The notes under the pieces are model-generated. The model made no database searches. It worked only from the letters and a program-made list of their open reading frames with translations, and was not told where the DNA came from. DNA of 64,000 nt from Halothiobacillus sp. Its GTDB lineage: Bacteria > Pseudomonadota > Gammaproteobacteria > JAAZVP01. The translations under genes and the position numbers were made by a program. Positions 59,166 through 64,000 of this stretch are shown piece after piece (the stretch's first letter is position 1; the number at the start of each line of letters is the position of its first letter). The DNA lies in contig JAAZVP010000005.1 in assembly GCA_018623495.1 (NCBI GenBank), forward strand, positions 1,218 to 65,217, in the 5' to 3' direction.

Positions 59166-60675
59166 CGTCGGTGTCGCAGAGCGCGGCGGTGGCGCCGAAC
59201 CGGGCGGCGAGCGCCTCGAGCAGTTGCTCGAGGCTGTCGGCACGTCGCCGGACCACGCCGCCGCGGGCGGGTGTCGAGGACACCGGCGGCAGGTCGCGGC
59301 TGTCACCGCGCTTGCGGAACAGCCGCTCGCGCCGGTCGGCCACCTCGAACAGCGACTCGCCCTGGCCGATGCCCTCGGATCGCCCGAGAAACAGGTGTCC
59401 ACGCCGGTTCAGGGCGAAATGGAAGCGCTGCAACACCCGCGCCTGGAGCCGGGCGTCGAAATAGATCAGCACGTTGCGGCAGGTGATCAGGTCGGTGCGC
59501 AAAAACGGCGGGTCGTCCACCAGGTTGTGCCGGGCGAACACGATCATGTCGCGCAGGCGCTTGCCCACCTCGTAGTGCCGATCGGCGGGATGGAAATAGC
59601 GCTCGATGCAGTCCGGCGGCAGGGCCTGCAGGGCGGCCGCGGGATACAGGCCGCGCCGGGCGGTATCGAGCGCGTCCTCGTCGATGTCGGTGGCGAACAC
59701 CTGGATGGTCTGGCCCAGGCCCTGCTCGCGCTGGGCCTCGGCGAACAGGATGCCGATGGAGTAGGCCTCCTCGCCGGTGGCGCAGCCGGCCACCCAGACC
59801 CGGATGGAGCCGGCTTCGCCCTTCTCCCGGCAGATGCCGCGGACCGTCTCGGCGAGCGCGTCGAAGGCCTCGGGATCGCGGAAGAAGGCGGTCACCGAGA
59901 TCAGGATGTCGCGGGCCAGGCGGTCGAGCTCCTCGGGGTGTGCCTCGACCCAGTCGGCGTAGCGGCGGACATCGGTATTGCCGGTGGCCACCATCCGCCG
60001 GCGGATCCGCCGCGCCAGGGTGCTGGGCTTGTAGCCCGAGAAGTCGATGTCGCGCCGGCGGCGCACCCGCTCCACCAGGCGCTCCATCAGCTCGGCGGGC
60101 AGTTCGTCCCGCCCGGGGGGCCGCATCCGGGCGAACGCCCCCAGGCGCTGCCCGAGCTCCACCGGGGCGAGGACGTGGTCGGCCACGCCCGCCTCGATGG
60201 CCGACAGCGGCATGCCCGTGTACTTGGCCGAGTCCGGCGCCTGCGCCAGGGTGAGGCCGCCGGCGGCCTGGATGGCACGCAGGCCGGCGGTGCCGTCCGA
60301 GCCGGTCCCCGAGAGCACCACGCCGATGGCCGACTCCCCGGCCTCCGCCGCCAGGGAGATGAAGAACTCGTTGACCGAGGGCTTGGGGACCACCTCGGGA
60401 TCGGCGTTGACCAGGCGGAAGCGGCCCTCGCGGATCAGCGCCTTGGAACGCGCCGGCACCACGTACACCGTGCCCGGCCGCGGGGTGTCGCCGTCGACCA
60501 TCTCCTGCACCGCGAGGGCGGTGTCGCGGGAGAGGATGTCCACCAGCATGCTGCGATGGTCGGGGGAGAGATGCTGGAGGACCACGTAGGCGAGCGGCCA
60601 GTCGGGCTCGAGGGTCCCCACCAGCTTGCCCAGGGCCTCCAGGCCGCCGGCCGAGGCGCCGATGCCCACCACCAT
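59014..60675 (-). CDS. CheB methylesterase-CheR methyltransferase fusion (5' part; frame discontinuity ~59150-59170 into phytochrome frame)
   Basis: Start VMVVGIGASAGGLEAL (ATG at 60675) opens a CheB catalytic domain, followed by a CheR SAM-methyltransferase domain (VWVAGCATGEEAYSIG). The last ~50 codons before the stop at 59014 are low-complexity. Phytochrome PAS homology continues in the +1 frame. Confidence 0.7.
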   Translation of the reverse strand: MVVGIGASAGGLEALGKLVGTLEPDWPLAYVVLQHLSPDHRSMLVDILSRDTALAVQEMVDGDTPRPGTVYVVPARSKALIREGRFRLVNADPEVVPKPSVNEFFISLAAEAGESAIGVVLSGTGSDGTAGLRAIQAAGGLTLAQAPDSAKYTGMPLSAIEAGVADHVLAPVELGQRLGAFARMRPPGRDELPAELMERLVERVRRRRDIDFSGYKPSTLARRIRRRMVATGNTDVRRYADWVEAHPEELDRLARDILISVTAFFRDPEAFDALAETVRGICREKGEAGSIRVWVAGCATGEEAYSIGILFAEAQREQGLGQTIQVFATDIDEDALDTARRGLYPAAALQALPPDCIERYFHPADRHYEVGKRLRDMIVFARHNLVDDPPFLRTDLITCRNVLIYFDARLQARVLQRFHFALNRRGHLFLGRSEGIGQGESLFEVADRRERLFRKRGDSRDLPPVSSTPARGGVVRRRADSLEQLLEALAARFGATAALCDTDGNQPRRLAGPRAGCDPRRAAAGRARRSPAGAGRPARQPAGAGNGPGRPSR

Positions 60676-60850
60676 CACCGGCCCGTCCGGCGCGTTGTCC
60701 GATTCCGTCTCGCTCAACCCGGCTCCCCCGTGCGTGTTCGCCCGCCCTGCTCCGGATGCCCCTGTCTTTCTATTATGCAAACCCTGTACATGCAAGCGGG
60801 AGCAACCCGGCAAGCCGTGGGGAGGCGGGGTCCCCGGCCCGGGCAAGGCA

Positions 60851-63800
60851 TCAGGAACGGGGGCCGGCGAGCCAGTCCTCGAACGCGCCGGCAGGCAGGG
60901 GCCGGCTGTAGAAATAGCCCTGCCCCAGGGGGCAACCGGCCTGCCGCAGGAAATCGGCGTGGGTGGCCGTCTCCACCCCCTCGGCGATGATCGCCAGCCC
61001 CAGGTTCCGGGCCATGGCGATCACCGCGCGGGTGATGGCGACGTCGGAGGGATCCGCCGGGATGCCGCCGACGAAGGAACGGTCGACCTTGAGCTTGTCG
61101 ATGGGCATGTCCTTGAGCCGCGCCAGCGAGGAGTAGCCGGTACCGAAATCGTCCACTGCCAGGCACACGCCGAGCTCGCGGAAGGCCCGCAGGAGGTGGA
61201 CCACCTGGCTGTCCTGGACGATGCCGGTCTCGGTGACCTCGAGTTCCAGCGCCGTGGCCGGCAGCCCCGTCTCCTCGAGCACCTGCTCCACCACCAGTGC
61301 CAGCGAGCGGTTCTCCAGCTGGCGACCGGCGAGGTTCACCGAGACGTATTCCAGCGACCGGCCCGCGGCCCGCCAGTGCTGCATCTGTCGGCAGGCCTCG
61401 CGCAGGACCCACTCGCCCAGGGGCACGATCAGGCCGGTCTCCTCGGCCAGCGGGATGAACTGGCCCGGGGAGACCAAGCCGCGCCCGGGATCGCGCCAGC
61501 GCACCAGGGCCTCGGCCCCCACGGTCCGGCCGTCGGCGAGATCCACCAGCGGCTGGTAGTGGACCTCGAACTCCCCGCGCTCCAGGGCCCGGCGCATGGC
61601 GCTGTCGAGCAGGACCCGCTCGCGGCTGGTCTCCACCAGCTCGGGGTGGAACAGGCCGAAGGTGTTCCGGCCCCGGTCCTTGGCCTTGAACAGGGCGGCG
61701 TCGGCGTTCTTGAGCAGGGTCTCGGCGGCGAGACCGTCGTTGGGGCTGATGGCGATGCCGATGCTGGCCGTGGTGTAGAGCTCGATCTCGTCCACCTCCA
61801 GCGGCCGGCGCAGGCATGCGAGCAGCTCGCCGGCCACCCGCTCGGCGGCCGCGGGGCCCTCGATGGCCTCGAGCAGCACGGCGAACTCGTCGCCGCTCAC
61901 CCGGGCCACGGTGGCATCCGGGCGCAGCCGCTCGCGGAACCGCGCCGCCACCTGGCGCAGCACGCCGTCGCCCGCCGGGTGGCCGAAGCTGTCGTTGATC
62001 GCCTTGAAGCGGTCGAGGTCGCAGTAGAGCACCGCCACCCGCTCGCCGCTGCAGTGGCCACGCTCCAGGGCATGCTCCAGGCGCTCCTGGAACAGCATCC
62101 GGTTGGGCAGGCCGGTGAGCGGGTCGTGGTGGGCGAGATGGCGCAGCTCGTCCTCGGTCTGCTTGATCCGGCTGATGTCGGAGAAGACGCTGACGTAGTG
62201 GGTCAGGCGCCCGGCGCGGTCGCGCACCGCGCTGATGGTCTGCCACTCGGGGAAGGCCTCGCCGTTGCGCCGCCGGTTCCAGACCTCTCCCTGCCAGTGG
62301 TCGGTGGCGCTCAGCGACGCCCACATCGCCTGGTAGAAGGCCTCGTCGTGGTGGCCCGACCGGAGCATGGACGGCCGGCGCCCCAGGACCTCGGCCTCGG
62401 GGTAACCGGTGATGCGGGTGAAGGCCTCGTTGACGCCGGTGATCCGGCCGTCGACGTCGGTGATCATGATGCCCTCGTCGGTGTTGTCGAACACCGCCGC
62501 GGCCTGCAGCAGGCGGGTCTCGTGCTGCTTGCGCTGGCTGATGTCGCGCACCAGGGCGACGTCCATCGGCTCGCCGTCGAACTCGAAGATCCGTGCACTG
62601 ATCTCCACCGGCAGCCGCTCGCCGGCCCGGTTGCGCAGGGTCGCCTCGAACACCCGCCGACCGCTCTCCTTCAGCCGCCGTCGCTCCTCCGCGCTGCCGA
62701 AGAACCGGGCGTCCTCCGGATCGCTGATGTCCGCCACGGTCATCCCCAGCAGTTCCTCGCGGGAATAGCCCAGCCAACGGCAGGCCACCTCGTTGACCTC
62801 GACGAAGGGAGCGAAACCCGACTCCCGGAACGGGTGCAGGAAGACGGCGTCGCTGATGCCCTCGAACAGCGCCCGGTAGCGGGCCTCGGTGCGCCGGCGC
62901 GCCTCGTCGGCCCGGCGCCGCTCGGTGACGTCCAGGTGGGTGCCGGCCATCCACAGCGGGCGGCCGTCGGCCTGCCACTCGATCACCCGGCCGCGCGCCA
63001 GCATCCAGACCCAGTGCCCATGGGCATGGCGCATGCGCAGCTCGCACTCGTAAACATCGAGTTCGCCGCCAAAATGGCGCTGCAGAAGCGCCTCGGCGCG
63101 CTCCAGGTCCTCGGGATGGCCGAGTTCGCGCCAGGTGGACACGCTCACCGGCTCGAGGGCGTCCGCGGCGTAGCCCAGCAGCGTCTTCCAGCGGTCGTTG
63201 ATGATCAGCTCGCCGGTCTGCACGTTCCACTGCCAGGTGCCGGCCCGGGTGCCGGCGATCACCTGTTCCAGGCGGCGGCGCTCGTCCTCCAGCGCCCGGC
63301 GGGACCGCAGGCGCTCGCTGATGTCGTTGAACACCGCCACCGCGCCGGTCACCTCGCCGCCGGGGGCACGCACGGGGGAGACGAAGACCTCCGCCGGGAA
63401 ACCGCTGCCGTCGGCGCGGTAGAAGCGATCCTCCCAGGCATCCAGCGACTCGCCGGTCCGCATCACCCAGTGGACCGGGCAGGCCCCGCCGTCGTGGGCA
63501 CTGCCGTCGGGCGCCACGTGGATCGTCTCGTGGCTGTTGCGGCCCAGCAGCTCGCACTCGTCGTCGTAGCCCAGCAACGCCAGGGCCCGCGGGTTGAGGA
63601 AGGTGAAGTCGCCGGCGGTGTCGATGCCGAAGACGCCCTCGCCGAGGCTGTCGAGCAGCGTCTGGCCGAACCGCTCGGCCCGGGCCTGCGGGGTGAGATC
63701 GCGCTGGATCGCGACGTAGGCCTCCGGGCGGCCGGAAGCGCCCGGCAGCGGCAGGGCCTTGCACTCGAGCAGGTAGGGGCTGCCGTCCTTGCGGTAGTTG

Positions 63801-64000
63801 ACCACGCACCCGGTGAAGGTCTCGCCCGCCGCCAGGCAGGCCCGCATCCGGTCGAGTTCGGCGCGGTCGGTACCCGGCCCCTGGAACAGGCGGGGACTGG
63901 CACCGATGAGCTCGTCACGCCGGTAGCCGCTCATGCGGCAGAAGGCCTCGTTGACGTAGGTGATCCGGGGTCCGGGAGCCTCCAGCTCCGCGGTCGTGGC
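60851..64000 (-). CDS. multi-PAS sensor diguanylate cyclase/phosphodiesterase (GGDEF variant SGDEF + EAL); N-terminus beyond window
   Basis: More than 1027 aa with several PAS/PAC repeats, then RVSGDEFAVLL (GGDEF domain) and EALVRW...EVTE (EAL domain). The frame stays open to the window end, so the gene is partial. Confidence 0.85.
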   Translation of the reverse strand, partial: ATTAELEAPGPRITYVNEAFCRMSGYRRDELIGASPRLFQGPGTDRAELDRMRACLAAGETFTGCVVNYRKDGSPYLLECKALPLPGASGRPEAYVAIQRDLTPQARAERFGQTLLDSLGEGVFGIDTAGDFTFLNPRALALLGYDDECELLGRNSHETIHVAPDGSAHDGGACPVHWVMRTGESLDAWEDRFYRADGSGFPAEVFVSPVRAPGGEVTGAVAVFNDISERLRSRRALEDERRRLEQVIAGTRAGTWQWNVQTGELIINDRWKTLLGYAADALEPVSVSTWRELGHPEDLERAEALLQRHFGGELDVYECELRMRHAHGHWVWMLARGRVIEWQADGRPLWMAGTHLDVTERRRADEARRRTEARYRALFEGISDAVFLHPFRESGFAPFVEVNEVACRWLGYSREELLGMTVADISDPEDARFFGSAEERRRLKESGRRVFEATLRNRAGERLPVEISARIFEFDGEPMDVALVRDISQRKQHETRLLQAAAVFDNTDEGIMITDVDGRITGVNEAFTRITGYPEAEVLGRRPSMLRSGHHDEAFYQAMWASLSATDHWQGEVWNRRRNGEAFPEWQTISAVRDRAGRLTHYVSVFSDISRIKQTEDELRHLAHHDPLTGLPNRMLFQERLEHALERGHCSGERVAVLYCDLDRFKAINDSFGHPAGDGVLRQVAARFRERLRPDATVARVSGDEFAVLLEAIEGPAAAERVAGELLACLRRPLEVDEIELYTTASIGIAISPNDGLAAETLLKNADAALFKAKDRGRNTFGLFHPELVETSRERVLLDSAMRRALERGEFEVHYQPLVDLADGRTVGAEALVRWRDPGRGLVSPGQFIPLAEETGLIVPLGEWVLREACRQMQHWRAAGRSLEYVSVNLAGRQLENRSLALVVEQVLEETGLPATALELEVTETGIVQDSQVVHLLRAFRELGVCLAVDDFGTGYSSLARLKDMPIDKLKVDRSFVGGIPADPSDVAITRAVIAMARNLGLAIIAEGVETATHADFLRQAGCPLGQGYFYSRPLPAGAFEDWLAGPRS

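Noticed and set aside
57825-59402. Standalone phytochrome ORF starting at 59402 (MDTCFSGDPRASARAS...)
   Set aside because: The first ~75 codons are Ser/Arg/Cys/Pro low-complexity and overlap credible CheR/PAS coding in another frame. Phytochrome homology begins only near 59165, so the track start is not a real N-terminus.
59014-60846. TTG start at 60846 for the CheB-CheR gene (MPGPGTPPPHG...)
   Set aside because: The N-terminal 57 residues are low-complexity and the start is a TTG, 5 nt after the upstream stop. The ATG at 60675 immediately precedes the conserved CheB VVGIGASAGG motif and leaves a plausible AT-rich promoter gap.

Overview
This is high-GC (~68%) gammaproteobacterial chromosome, probably Ectothiorhodospiraceae or Chromatiales-like. 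It is almost entirely core genome, with about 70 protein-coding genes in conserved operons. In order: DedA-like, pcm-surE, smr, mutT(ThiE-fusion)-argJ-secA, dciA, lpxC, htpG, ogt, rplS-trmD-rimM-rpsP-ffh, ypjD-corB, radA, xseB-ispA-dxs, queD-folE2, bamC-dapA, bcp, an AI-2E transporter, a LysR regulator with an RND pump and adaptor, proS, a lytic transglycosylase, a TolC/HlyD pair next to periplasmic thiol-disulfide oxidoreductases, wrbA, galU, slyD, an MFS transporter, an ergothioneine cluster (egtE-like/egtB/egtD), an arsenic-resistance cluster (arsC | arsR-MBL-arsP-AhpD-like-Trx-GAPDH), then a heme oxygenase, a CheB-CheR::phytochrome gene, and a multi-PAS GGDEF-EAL protein that runs off the window end. 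I found no rRNA, tRNA, CRISPR array, integrase or transposase. Three things stand out. (1) A ~230-bp non-coding element occurs twice (25591-25818 and 46526-46757) in opposite orientation at ~80% identity. Both copies abut the U-tract of an intrinsic terminator, and the second is flanked by a perfect 8-bp direct repeat TTTTATGT, so this looks like a MITE-like mobile element, or a structured RNA given covarying terminal and internal helices. (2) A CheB-CheR fusion reads through a 1-nt frame discontinuity into a PAS-GAF-PHY phytochrome module with no kinase output, and a heme oxygenase lies immediately downstream, suggesting a light-sensing chemoreceptor-modification enzyme. (3) The ars cluster carries an ArsJ-associated-type GAPDH but no adjacent arsJ, while a candidate ArsJ-like MFS transporter sits ~9 kb away, immediately downstream of the second repeat copy.
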